A stretch of 64,000 nucleotides of DNA, from the NCBI GenBank assembly GCA_963782055.1, contig CAWAIF010000003.1, positions 6,695,948 to 6,759,947 on the forward strand. The letters run 5' to 3'. Under the pieces are notes generated by a model. The model was not told where the DNA came from, made no database searches, and saw only the letters and a program-made list of their open reading frames with translations. A program made the translations under genes and the position numbers. Origin of the DNA: an uncultured delta proteobacterium (GTDB lineage: Bacteria > Myxococcota_A > Polyangia > Polyangiales > Polyangiaceae). The stretch's first letter is position 1, and each line of letters starts with the position of its first letter. Of this stretch, positions 40,795-50,056 are shown in pieces.

Positions 40795-41850
40795 TCATCT
40801 CCTCGCCGCGGCGCGGGAGTCGCGCCACAGCCGGTCCTGCGTGACGGCCAGCGACTTGCGCCGGCACGCCGGGCAGACGTCCTGGTAGTGCCCCGCGGCG
40901 GTCGCGTAGGCGATGCCGAGGGACGCCTGGACGTTCTTCAGGTCGGCGACGTGAAGGGACGTCGCGAAGGGTTCGCCGCAGCTCGCGCAGGCGGCCGGGC
41001 CTCGGGCGGCGCCGGCTTCCTTGTAGAACTTGATGCTGAGCTGCGCCGGACGCTGGAAGACGTGAAAGAACTTGCCGAAGGGCAGGTAGAGCAGCGTGAA
41101 GATCACCGTCACGGCGTGGAGCTCGGAGAGGAAGCCGTAGTGCAGCCCCTTCATCAGGTGCGTGGAGACGGTGAGGAAGATCCCGGTCATCGAGACCGCG
41201 AACAGGAGGAGCAGGGGCAAGAGGTCGTTCGCGAACTGCTGTACCGCGAGCGCCCCCCGGTCACGGCCGCGCCGGTAGAGCGCGATGGCGATGCCGGCCA
41301 GGACCATCGCCGCGGCGACGTCGAGCACGTTGAAGACCAGCGGCGCGACGGGGCTGGAGAGCGGGAAGGAGAAGACCTTCACGCCGAAGACGAAGGCCTG
41401 GTAGACGTCTGGCGCACCCGGGGCGCTCTCGAAGCGGATCCACCCCCACGACAGCGGGAAGGTCACCGCCGCGGCGAGCAGGCAGCCCCACGCGATGAAC
41501 AGGTGCGCGAACCAGCGCGCGTGCGAGCGCCGCTCGATGAAGCGCTGCGCGACGATGTTGTCCCAGAAGAGGCCCGGCAGCTTCGCGAGGTTGCGCGGCA
41601 GCCGCGACGGCGAGAGGAAGGTCTGCCATCCGCGCCGCCAGTACATGCGCGTCGGCGGGCGGCTCAGCCACATCGCATACCGGTAGCCCAGGCCGAACGC
41701 GCAGAACACCGACGCGCCGGCGTAGGCGACGAGCGCCGCGTCGAAGTCGCGCAGCTCACGGCTGCCGAAGTAGATACCGACCACGACGACGGCGGCGGCG
41801 ATCAGCCCCCCCATCCACGCGCCGCGGGCGCTCGTTTCCCGCTCGCTCAT
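40795..41850 (-). CDS. Polytopic membrane protein, NarI/DsrM-like heme-b candidate with a C-terminal Cys-rich extension
   Basis: Start at 'MSERETS'. About 6 TM helices with conserved His in helices ('AHLFIAWG', '[10 protein letters not shown]', 'FFHVFQRP'). C-terminal 'CASCGEP...CPAC'. Its stop lies 4 nt before the Mo subunit start. Confidence 0.5.
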   Translation of the reverse strand: MSERETSARGAWMGGLIAAAVVVVGIYFGSRELRDFDAALVAYAGASVFCAFGLGYRYAMWLSRPPTRMYWRRGWQTFLSPSRLPRNLAKLPGLFWDNIVAQRFIERRSHARWFAHLFIAWGCLLAAAVTFPLSWGWIRFESAPGAPDVYQAFVFGVKVFSFPLSSPVAPLVFNVLDVAAAMVLAGIAIALYRRGRDRGALAVQQFANDLLPLLLLFAVSMTGIFLTVSTHLMKGLHYGFLSELHAVTVIFTLLYLPFGKFFHVFQRPAQLSIKFYKEAGAARGPAACASCGEPFATSLHVADLKNVQASLGIAYATAAGHYQDVCPACRRKSLAVTQDRLWRDSRAAARR

Positions 41851-42491
41851 GGCGGTCCCGACCTGGGCGTGGAGTCGAGGACGGTGCGGCGAGCCCAGAG
41901 GGGGTAGTCGAGCCCGGCGAGACGGTTGATCGCGATGGCCTGCAGCGTGAGGACCGCGACCGCCACCTCGATCAGGAGGAGGTGTAGGGGCCGCGTGACG
42001 ATCCCCAGCGACACGATCAGCGTGGTCGCGCCCGCGGGCGGGTGCGCAGCCTTGAACAGGATCATCAGGGCCCCGGTCGCGGCGAGGGACAGCGCAGCAG
42101 CCAGGACACGTGGGCCATCGACGCCGGTGGCGATGGCCGGCGGCGCGTGCGAGAGCCCGCACAGGAGAAGCGCGCCGTAGCCGCAGAGAATGCCGATGGC
42201 GTGCCCGAGCATCGTGTGGCGCGGGCTCGCCGTTGGGGAGGTGGGCGTGAAGAAGAAGAGAAACGCGGTGGGACCGAGCGACGGGAACACGAAGGGGGTG
42301 CCGCTCACCATCGCCACGGCTGCCAGAAGGGCGATGGAGACGAACCCGTTCACGAACATGAAGGCGGCCCACACCGGTCGCTCCGGGAAGCGGCCGAGCA
42401 GGCGCGTGAGCCGGAGCCGCTGGACGAGGCCGCGCGTGACCTGCGGATGCAGCAGGTCCAGCTCTGAGGTGCGACGTTCGGTCTCCGGCAT
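41847..42491 (-). CDS. HPP-family membrane protein (putative nitrite/anion transporter)
   Basis: Start at the internal Met 'MPETERR'. HPP signature 'AAHPPAGATTL'. Four TM helices. ATGA overlap with the downstream gene. Confidence 0.75.
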   Translation of the reverse strand: MPETERRTSELDLLHPQVTRGLVQRLRLTRLLGRFPERPVWAAFMFVNGFVSIALLAAVAMVSGTPFVFPSLGPTAFLFFFTPTSPTASPRHTMLGHAIGILCGYGALLLCGLSHAPPAIATGVDGPRVLAAALSLAATGALMILFKAAHPPAGATTLIVSLGIVTRPLHLLLIEVAVAVLTLQAIAINRLAGLDYPLWARRTVLDSTPRSGPP

Positions 42492-42549
42492 TTCCGCGCT
42501 CGAGCCCGCGTGGTTGCGAGCCACGGTATGATATATAGGTTCCCATACA
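42492..42549. promoter_or_regulatory. Divergent promoter/operator region with inverted repeat CGTGG-N7-CCACG and an AT-rich TATGATATATAG box
   Basis: Only 58 bp separate the HPP and marR start codons. The inverted repeat and the sole AT-rich stretch lie between the divergent genes. Confidence 0.3.
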
Positions 42550-43107
42550 ATGGCTACCCATGGAACTGCGCGCGCGTCGCCCGCGCGCGTTCGCCGCCCC
42601 AACCCCCGCGGCGAGGACGCACGCGACCCGGCGCTCCGCACGGTCCTCGACGGCTTCCGGCACGTGGTCCAGCAGCTCCGGGCGTACTCGGCGCGTGCGG
42701 AGGGGGAGACGGGCGTCACCGGGGCGCAGGTGTTCGTCCTCTACGCCCTGGCGGGCGCGCCCGCGCTCTCACTCAACGAGCTGGCGCGGCGGACGGCGAC
42801 GCACCAGAGCTCGGTCTCCGTGGTGGCGCAGCGCTGCGAGGCCAAGGGGCTCGTCGAGCGCCGCCGCTCCGCCGAGGACGGCCGCCGCGTCGAGCTGCGG
42901 CTCACGGCGCGGGGCCGCGCCCTGCTGCGACGCATCCAGGAGCCGCCGCAGGCGCGCCTGCTGCGCGGCGTCGCCTCGCTCCCCACCGGCGAGCTCGCCG
43001 TGCTGGCGTCGGCGATGCGACGCGTGACCGCAGCTCTGGAGGACACCAGCGCCACGCCGACCATGTTCTTCGAACCCACGACCAGCAAACATGACCACGA
43101 CACCTGA
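42550..43107 (+). CDS. MarR-family transcriptional regulator
   Basis: Winged HTH ('LSLNELARRTATHQSSVSVVAQRCEAKGLVERRRSAEDGRRVELRLT'). Confidence 0.8.
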   Translation: MATHGTARASPARVRRPNPRGEDARDPALRTVLDGFRHVVQQLRAYSARAEGETGVTGAQVFVLYALAGAPALSLNELARRTATHQSSVSVVAQRCEAKGLVERRRSAEDGRRVELRLTARGRALLRRIQEPPQARLLRGVASLPTGELAVLASAMRRVTAALEDTSATPTMFFEPTTSKHDHDT

Positions 43108-44905
43108 CCGTGCGGGGAGCGAGCTCGCGGGCGGCCGCCGCCTGGTGATCATCACGCTCGCGGCGATCGGCGTGGCGGTCCTCGCCGCGCTCACGGCGCG
43201 CGTGCTCACGCGCGCCATCTACTTCGTCACCAACCTCGCCTTCTACCAGCGCGCCTCCTTCGCCCAGAGCGGGCCGGCGGGGCACCACCTCGGCGCCTGG
43301 GTCGTCCTGGTCCCGGTGGCCGGCGCTGTCGTCGTGGGCCTCATGGCCCGGTTCGGCTCCGCGGCCATCCGCGGACACGGCATCCCCGAATCGATGGAGT
43401 GCGTGCTCCGGGGGGAGAGTCGCATCCCGGCGCGCCTGACCTTGCTCAAGCCGCTGTCCGCCGCGATCTCGATCGGCACCGGTGGCCCGTTCGGCGCGGA
43501 GGGCCCCATCATCGCCACGGGCAGCGCGCTGGGCTCGCTCTTCGGTCAACTCGCCGCCGTCACCAACGCGGAGCGCAAGACGCTGCTGGCGGCCGGGGCG
43601 GCGGCCGGCATGGCGGCGACCTTCGGCACGCCCATCGCCGCCGTCTTCATCGCGGTCGAGCTGCTGCTCTTCGAGCTCCGGCCTCGCTCCCTCGTCCCCG
43701 TGACGCTCGCGAGCGTCACCGCGGCGGCGGTGCGCGCGTGGATGCTGGGCGTGGACCCCGTCTTCCGCGTCCCCGACCTCGCCCCACCCACACCCGGGGC
43801 GCTCGCCTGCTACGCGGTCGTGGGTGCGCTGACCGGCGTCGCGGCGGTCGGCGTGACGCGCGCGGTCTACTCCGTCGAGGAGTGGTTCGAGAAGCTCCCG
43901 GTCCACTGGATGTGGTGGCCGGCCATCGGCGCCGTCGCCGTCGGCGTCATCGGCTACGTCGAGCCGCACACCCTGGGTGTGGGCTACGACAACATCGAGC
44001 ACGCCCTCGCCGGCTCGCTCACGCTCCGCGCGATCGCGGTCCTGTGCGGGCTGAAGCTCGTGTCCTGGGCGATCTCCCTCGGCAGCGGCACCTCCGGCGG
44101 GACCCTGGCGCCGCTGATGACCGTGGGGGCCGGCGTCGGCACGGTGGCCGGCGCGGCGATGCAGCTCGTCCTCCCCCACGCGCACGTCGACCTGCGGATG
44201 GCGGCGCTCGTCGGGATGGCGTCGATGTTCGCCGGAGCCTCCCGCGCCGCCCTCACCTCGGCGATCTTCGCCTTCGAGGCCACCCACCAGATCCAGGGCG
44301 TGCTCCCCGTCCTCGCCGGCTGCCTGCTCGCGCTACTCGTGTCGCTGGCGCTCATGCGCCACACGATCATGACCGAGAAGATCGCCAAGCGAGGTGTACG
44401 CGTCGTCGGCGAGTACCGGGCGGACCCGCTGGAGGAGGCGGCGGCCACCGACCACGCGTCGCGTCCGGTCACGCTCCGTGATCACGCCTCGCTCGGCGAG
44501 GTGCGCGCGTTCCTGCGCTCTGGCGCGGACGGCTCCCGCCACGCGACCTACCCGGTGCTCGACGCGGCGGGCGCGCTCGCCGGTCTGCTCTCGCGCCACG
44601 AGGTCACGGAGTCCGACGCGAGCGACACGGCGCCCGTCGGCGCCTTGCTGTCCGGGCTGCCCGCGACATGTCCGGCGACAGCCTCGCTCGCCGAGGCCGC
44701 CCACCTGCTCACCGCCCACGAAGCCCCCTGTCTCTGCGTGGTGGATGCGTCGGACGCCCGCGCGCTCGTGGGCGTGCTCACCCGCGGCGACGTCCTGCGC
44801 GCGCACCGGCGGCGCGTCGAGGAGGGCGAGCTGCTGGGCGAAGCGAGCCTGCTGCGGAGCCTGCGCCGCCAGATCGCGGGAGCGTCGGGCCGCGCCGGTC
44901 CCTGA
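43091..44905 (+). CDS. ClC-family anion channel/antiporter with two C-terminal CBS domains; His at the usual selectivity-filter Ser position
   Basis: Motifs 'GHGIPE' (usually GSGIPE), 'GAEGP' (usually GREGP), and 'GGTLAPLM'. Two CBS repeats at the C-terminus. Confidence 0.85.
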   Translation: MTTTPDRAGSELAGGRRLVIITLAAIGVAVLAALTARVLTRAIYFVTNLAFYQRASFAQSGPAGHHLGAWVVLVPVAGAVVVGLMARFGSAAIRGHGIPESMECVLRGESRIPARLTLLKPLSAAISIGTGGPFGAEGPIIATGSALGSLFGQLAAVTNAERKTLLAAGAAAGMAATFGTPIAAVFIAVELLLFELRPRSLVPVTLASVTAAAVRAWMLGVDPVFRVPDLAPPTPGALACYAVVGALTGVAAVGVTRAVYSVEEWFEKLPVHWMWWPAIGAVAVGVIGYVEPHTLGVGYDNIEHALAGSLTLRAIAVLCGLKLVSWAISLGSGTSGGTLAPLMTVGAGVGTVAGAAMQLVLPHAHVDLRMAALVGMASMFAGASRAALTSAIFAFEATHQIQGVLPVLAGCLLALLVSLALMRHTIMTEKIAKRGVRVVGEYRADPLEEAAATDHASRPVTLRDHASLGEVRAFLRSGADGSRHATYPVLDAAGALAGLLSRHEVTESDASDTAPVGALLSGLPATCPATASLAEAAHLLTAHEAPCLCVVDASDARALVGVLTRGDVLRAHRRRVEEGELLGEASLLRSLRRQIAGASGRAGP

Positions 44906-44968
44906 TGGGACGCGCGGATGTGGCGCCCATGAAGGTCGCCTTCGCGCGGTCCGCCGCGAGGCGGGCGG

Positions 44969-46306
44969 TCACTGCACGACCCGCTCGTCCTCCTCCTCTT
45001 CCTTCTTCGGCTCGTCCACCTTCGACTCCGCCTCCGGCAGGTCGAACAGCTCCTTGAGCACCGCGACCAGATCGCCGGCGCCGCCGTCCGCGGCCGCCGT
45101 GCGCAGGCGTGTCATCGGCGAGTGGAGCAGCTTGTTGGTGGCGCTCTCCACCATCTGCGTGAGGGCCGCGCGCTCGGTGTCGCCCAGGTGCTTCAGCTTG
45201 CCGGAGAAGCTGCGCTCCAGCTCCGCGGTGAGCACGCCCTTGGTCCGCGCGCGCAGCGCCACGATCGCCGGCTGCACGTCCAGGCCGCGCGCCCACGCGA
45301 GGAACTGCGTGAGCTCGTGCGCGACGATCTTCTCGGCGGCGTCCGCCTCCCCCTTGCGCGCCTCGAGCCCCTGCGCCACCTGCTGCTCCAGGTCGTCGAC
45401 GTCGAAGACGTAGACGTTGTCGATGCCGTGGGCGGCCGGGTCCACGTTGCGCGGGACGGCGATGTCGACGAAGAACAGGGTGCGCCCCTTGCGCTGCTTC
45501 ATCACCCGCTTGACCATCTCGCGCGTCACCACGAAGGTCGGGCTGGCGGTGCTGGCGACGACCACGTCGGCCTGCTCCAGCTCCTGCTCCAGCGCCGTCA
45601 GCGGCGAGGCGGCGCCTCCGAGCTGCGAGGCGATCGCCTCCGCCCGCTCCAGGCTGCGGTTGCACACCCGCACCGCGCGCGCGGTCTTGCCCAGGCTGCG
45701 CGCCGCGGCCTCCGCCATCTCCCCCGCGCCGATGAGCAGGACGGTGCGCTGCGAGAGATCGCCGAAGATGCGCCGCGCGAGGTCCACCGCCACGCTGGAG
45801 ATGCTCACCGTGCCCGAGCCGAGGGCCGTCTCGGTTCGCACGCGCTTGGCGACGGTGAAGGCGCGGTGCACGCACCGCCCGAGGTGGCTCTTGAGGGTGC
45901 CGGCGATCATCGCGGCGTCGTAGGCGCTCTTGACCTGCCCGAGGATCTGCGGCTCGCCCAGGACCATGGAGTCCAGGCTGGCGGCGACGCGGAAGATGTG
46001 GCGCACCGCCTCGTCGTTCTCCTTCTCGTACAGGACGCTCACCAGCTCGGCGTCGGGCACGCGCGCCTGCTCCGCCAGCTCCTCCCGCACCGCCTTGAGC
46101 GCGGAGGCCCGGCCCTCCTCGGTGGTGACCCTCGGCCGGGCGAAGACCTCCACACGGTTGCAGGTGGAGAGGAACATCACCTCCGCGAGCTCCTGCCGGG
46201 CGGAGAGGCGCGCCAGCACGTGCGGCAGCGCGTCGGCCGCGGCGGCGAAGCGTTCTCGCACCTCCACGGGGGCGGTGCGGTGGGAGAGGCCCACCACCAG
46301 GATCAC
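44969..46306 (-). CDS. hemA: Glutamyl-tRNA reductase
   Basis: GTG start at 'VILVVGLSHRTAPVEVRE', catalytic Cys in 'STCNRVEV', NADPH domain 'LLIGAGEMAE'. Confidence 0.85.
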   Translation of the reverse strand: MILVVGLSHRTAPVEVRERFAAAADALPHVLARLSARQELAEVMFLSTCNRVEVFARPRVTTEEGRASALKAVREELAEQARVPDAELVSVLYEKENDEAVRHIFRVAASLDSMVLGEPQILGQVKSAYDAAMIAGTLKSHLGRCVHRAFTVAKRVRTETALGSGTVSISSVAVDLARRIFGDLSQRTVLLIGAGEMAEAAARSLGKTARAVRVCNRSLERAEAIASQLGGAASPLTALEQELEQADVVVASTASPTFVVTREMVKRVMKQRKGRTLFFVDIAVPRNVDPAAHGIDNVYVFDVDDLEQQVAQGLEARKGEADAAEKIVAHELTQFLAWARGLDVQPAIVALRARTKGVLTAELERSFSGKLKHLGDTERAALTQMVESATNKLLHSPMTRLRTAAADGGAGDLVAVLKELFDLPEAESKVDEPKKEEEEDERVVQ

Positions 46307-47154
46307 GAGCCGCCCCCCATCATGGCCACGTGCTCCGCACCGGAGAGGCCGCGCACGACGTAGATGAGGAGCACGACCACGGCGAAGCCGAAGCCGGCGA
46401 TGGTGCCGTACGCCGCGCGCTTGCCGCGCCAGCCGGCCGCGGCGCGCAGCAGCAGCACCGCCGCGAAGAGCCCCCAGGTCGCGTAGCCGAAGGCCGCGCG
46501 CCACACGTCGGCCGCGCTCCCCGACTCGACGCGCGCCGCCCACACCGCGCCGGTGACGATGCCCACGGTGAGCGGGAAGAAGCCAGCGAGCAGGAAGCCG
46601 TACTCGGCGCGATCCAGCGCATCCAGCGGGGGCAGCCGTTGCAGCAGGCCCGTCACCTTCTTCTTCTTGAGCTGCTTCTCGGCGATGAGGTAGGCGACCG
46701 CCGCCGCGAAGGCGAGGGAGAAGAGGGCGTCACCCAGCGTGTTGGCGATGATGTGCACCGGCAGGACGGCGCTCTTGATGCGGCCGGTGCTCGTGGCGTC
46801 GGCGGAGACCACCTGCGAGGCGATGAGGAAGGTCAGCGCCAGCGGCGCCACGATGACGCCCACGACGTCGATGCGGTAGCGCAGCCGCATGATGAGGTAC
46901 GCCACGCACGCCAGCAGGGACACCACGCTCAGGGCGTAGTGGATGCCCTTGATGGGACACACGTCCAGCACCAGAGAGGAGACGACGATGTGCGTGGCGT
47001 GCAGCAGCGCCCCCACGCCGACCAGCGCCACTCCGACCTTGAGCGCGCGCGGAAACCGGGCGCTCCCGGAGAGGTGCGCCAGGAACGCGGCGCACGCCGC
47101 CGAGTACGCCAGGGCGGTCGAATAGAGCAGTAGGGTGGAGAGCACCGGGCTCAC
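46303..47154 (-). CDS. Cytochrome c assembly (CcsA/HemX-like) membrane protein
   Basis: Eight TM helices with a Trp-rich WWD-like segment ('WRAAFGYATWGLF'). GTGA overlap with hemA. Confidence 0.65.
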   Translation of the reverse strand: MSPVLSTLLLYSTALAYSAACAAFLAHLSGSARFPRALKVGVALVGVGALLHATHIVVSSLVLDVCPIKGIHYALSVVSLLACVAYLIMRLRYRIDVVGVIVAPLALTFLIASQVVSADATSTGRIKSAVLPVHIIANTLGDALFSLAFAAAVAYLIAEKQLKKKKVTGLLQRLPPLDALDRAEYGFLLAGFFPLTVGIVTGAVWAARVESGSAADVWRAAFGYATWGLFAAVLLLRAAAGWRGKRAAYGTIAGFGFAVVVLLIYVVRGLSGAEHVAMMGGGS

Positions 47155-47178
47155 GCAGCGGGAGTATAGCGCGCCGGC

Positions 47179-47805
47179 CTAGCCCCGCAGCGCTTCCTTG
47201 CGATACGCGAAGGCGGCCTTCACCCGCGAGAGCGCGCGGTACGCGTGGTCCATGCGCATGAGGGCGTCCAGCACGGCCGGGGTGGTCATGTCCGACGCGC
47301 GCGCGGCGGGAAGAAGCGCCTCGATCGCCGTCGTGGCGTCCTCGGCGTGGAAGAGTGCGCCGGGCAGCAGCACGACCGCGCCCGTCTCGGCCAGACCCAC
47401 GACGCGGCCGTCCACCAGCCCGGCGGCGCTGGCGAGGGCGTCGCGGAGGCCGGCCGCGTCCGTCGTGGCCAGCAGCTCGACCCCGCTCCAGACGTCGCGC
47501 AACAGCCAGGCCCCGCCCTCTGGCGACGCGCGGAAGAGGCCGCGGTGGGCCCGGGCCATCGGCTCGGCCCAGGCGCGCGCCCCCGCCGGCAGCTCGTCCG
47601 CGAGCTCCCGGGCGAGGCCGGCGGAGGTGACCGCGTCGTCCCAGAAGGCGCCGCTCCGCGCCTCGAACCAGGGGTCGTCCGGGCCGAAGGCGCCGGTCCG
47701 CGCCTCGAACGCGCGCCGGAGCTCGGCCACCCGGGCGGCATGCGCGTCGGCGGCGACGCGCTGGACGGCGAGGATGGCGTCGGCGAGGTCCACGGCTCGT
47801 TGCAC
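47179..47805 (-). CDS. Hypothetical protein
   Basis: 208-aa ORF with GC3-rich codon bias and no recognisable motifs. Confidence 0.4.
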   Translation of the reverse strand: MQRAVDLADAILAVQRVAADAHAARVAELRRAFEARTGAFGPDDPWFEARSGAFWDDAVTSAGLARELADELPAGARAWAEPMARAHRGLFRASPEGGAWLLRDVWSGVELLATTDAAGLRDALASAAGLVDGRVVGLAETGAVVLLPGALFHAEDATTAIEALLPAARASDMTTPAVLDALMRMDHAYRALSRVKAAFAYRKEALRG

Positions 47806-47837
47806 TCTACGACGAGGTGCGCGAGCATTGGGGGTCG

Positions 47838-48248
47838 ATGCAAAATCGCGTTTTTTTCCCGCAGGGGGCGTTCGACCGGTGGCTCGTGGAGGGTGCGGTG
47901 GAGCTCAACGGCAAGGAGCTGACCATCCTGGCCGAGCACCGCACCTACCGCATCGCCGAGGCGGTGCGTGTGCTCAAGGAGGTCACCGGCGCGACGGACG
48001 CCAACGACGTCGTCGGCAAGGTCAAGTCACGCGTCTTCTTCGAGGAGCTCGGCGCCGAGATCCTGGAAGGGTCCATGATCATCGGCGACAACGCCTACGA
48101 CGTCGTGTCCGGCTGGCTGGGCGTCCCCACCACCAGCTTCGAGGACCACGTGCGCGCGCGCGGTGGTCGCGGGGACTTCCCGGCGGAAGAGCCGCGGACG
48201 GACGAAGACCTGCTCGCCCGCTTCCTGATTGGCGGCGTGCGGCATTGA
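47838..48248 (+). CDS. Hypothetical protein
   Basis: Start at the internal Met 'MQNRVFFPQG'. 136 aa with coding codon bias. Confidence 0.4.
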   Translation: MQNRVFFPQGAFDRWLVEGAVELNGKELTILAEHRTYRIAEAVRVLKEVTGATDANDVVGKVKSRVFFEELGAEILEGSMIIGDNAYDVVSGWLGVPTTSFEDHVRARGGRGDFPAEEPRTDEDLLARFLIGGVRH

Positions 48249-48301
48249 CGGCACCGACGGCATTGACTCCCGCGCCCGCGCGTCCCATCCCTCTCTGATC
48301 G

Positions 48302-49027
48302 ATGCCCCTCCCGCCCACGTTCGACGTGCGCCTCTCCCGCGCGCGCATGCTGACCCCCTACGTCCGCGAGCTCGTCTTCGAGCGGGCGGACGGGGCGGCG
48401 TTCGCCTTCGAGGCCGGGCAGTGGGTGAGCCTCGCCCTCCCGCTCGAGCCGGAGGAGCTCAAGCGGAGCTACTCCATCGCCTCGCGCCCGGACGGCTCTC
48501 CGCGCTTCGAGGTCGCGGTGACGCACGTGGACGGCGGCCCCGGCTCGACCTACCTGCACCGCATGGAGCCCGGCGCCTCCCTGCGCGCGATCGGCCCGCA
48601 GGGCTTCTTCACGCGCCCCGCGGGGGCCACCGGCCCGTCGCTCTTCGTGGCGACCGGCACCGGCGTCACGCCGCTGCGGAGCATGCTCCACGACGCGATC
48701 GCCCGGGGTGACACGCAGCCCTTGTGGACCCTCTTCGGCGTGCGCGAGGAGGGCGACATCCTCTACCGCGAGGAGCTGGACGCGCTGGCGCGCGAGCACC
48801 CGCACGTCCGTGTAGAATACACGCTATCGCGCCCGCACGCGGCGTGGACGGGGCGGCGCGGGTACGTGCAGTCGCACGTGCCGGAGCTGTGGAAGGAGCT
48901 CGGGGCCTCCGGGACACCTCACGCGTACGTGTGCGGGCTGCAGCGGATGGTCGGCGCGGTGCGCGATCTCCTCCGCAAGGAGATGAGCGTGGCGCGGCAG
49001 CAGGTCCACTCCGAGCGCTACGACTGA
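48302..49027 (+). CDS. Ferredoxin-NADP+ reductase-like FAD/NAD(P)-binding oxidoreductase
   Basis: FAD-binding 'RSYSIAS' (RxYS) and NAD-binding 'LFVATGTGVTPLRSM', with a C-terminal Cys region. Confidence 0.7.
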   Translation: MPLPPTFDVRLSRARMLTPYVRELVFERADGAAFAFEAGQWVSLALPLEPEELKRSYSIASRPDGSPRFEVAVTHVDGGPGSTYLHRMEPGASLRAIGPQGFFTRPAGATGPSLFVATGTGVTPLRSMLHDAIARGDTQPLWTLFGVREEGDILYREELDALAREHPHVRVEYTLSRPHAAWTGRRGYVQSHVPELWKELGASGTPHAYVCGLQRMVGAVRDLLRKEMSVARQQVHSERYD

Positions 49028-49446
49028 CCGCGCGTGGCGGCGCACGCGCGAAGCGTCCAGGACGGGAGGTCCACCTCGGGCCGGTCCGGCTGGAAGAGAT
49101 CGAAGCGCACCCAGCCTCGCCCGATCTCCGGCGCGGCGGCCGCTCCGGCCTGGAGCGCCGCCGCGTGCAGCGAGCCCGGAAGCCGGAAGCAGACCGAGAA
49201 CTGGCCGAGACCCAGGGCGAAGATCCGGCGCCGTGTGAGGAGGGCCACGTAGCGAAACCCGGCAAAGGACGGGCTGAAGGCGATGCAGTCCCCGCAGGGC
49301 TCGGCGGCCCGCAGCAGCGCCTCGCCGGTGTCGGAGTGACACGAGGGCGAGGTCCGCGCGAGATACCCGAGTACGTCCTGCTGCGTCTCTGCGTCGACGA
49401 GCTGCGTGAGCTCCCCACCCTCGACGAAGCGGACGCCGTCACGCAT
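49018..49446 (-). CDS. Hypothetical protein
   Basis: 142-aa ORF with coding GC3 bias and no secure motif. Confidence 0.35.
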   Translation of the reverse strand: MRDGVRFVEGGELTQLVDAETQQDVLGYLARTSPSCHSDTGEALLRAAEPCGDCIAFSPSFAGFRYVALLTRRRIFALGLGQFSVCFRLPGSLHAAALQAGAAAAPEIGRGWVRFDLFQPDRPEVDLPSWTLRACAATRGQS

Positions 49447-49506
49447 GCGCCGGGGCGTACCACGCGGCGAGGCACTTCACCACGCGGGCCGCCCGGAGAT
49501 CGCCTT

Positions 49507-49998
49507 CTACGGGCCGGTGCAGTTCTCCACGGTCATCGCCATGTTCAGGTCCACCGTGCGCGAGTCGCCCGCGAGCGCGAGGCCCGGGCACTGCGCGGCG
49601 AGGCCCAGATCGTGCCCCTCGCTCCACCGGTTGGGCGCGACGGTGCACGTCCCCGCGAAGTCCGCGCCGCCGACCGTGGCGGTGATCGTCGCGCTCGCCG
49701 AGTCGTCGGCGACGACAATCCTCATGCGCGCGAGGCCGTTGGCCGCGCCGACCTGGCTGATGTCCGCCGTCCACGTGCCGCCGGCGTACTGGCAGGTGCC
49801 GAAGAACCCGCTGCCCGACCCGGGCGGCGGGTCCACGGGCGTGTGGTCGGAGACCAGCCACGGGTCCGGCGTCACGTCCGCCTGTTTTGTTTGGTGGATC
49901 GTCAGGCGGGCCACCCCGGAGAGGCCGAGCGCGGAGCTGCCGCAGGCTGTTGCGAGGACCCAGAGCGCGACCGGGAGGAGACGTCGAGTGCGTGGCAT
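49507..49998 (-). CDS. Lipoprotein
   Basis: Signal and lipobox 'MPRTRRLLPVALWVLATAC', with a Thr/Gly-rich beta-type mature domain. Confidence 0.5.
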   Translation of the reverse strand: MPRTRRLLPVALWVLATACGSSALGLSGVARLTIHQTKQADVTPDPWLVSDHTPVDPPPGSGSGFFGTCQYAGGTWTADISQVGAANGLARMRIVVADDSASATITATVGGADFAGTCTVAPNRWSEGHDLGLAAQCPGLALAGDSRTVDLNMAMTVENCTGP

Positions 49999-50056
49999 CC
50001 GCGGAGCGTATCCGAAGCGCGGGCCGTGGGTTAGAACGGGGCGTGGAGGAACGCTC

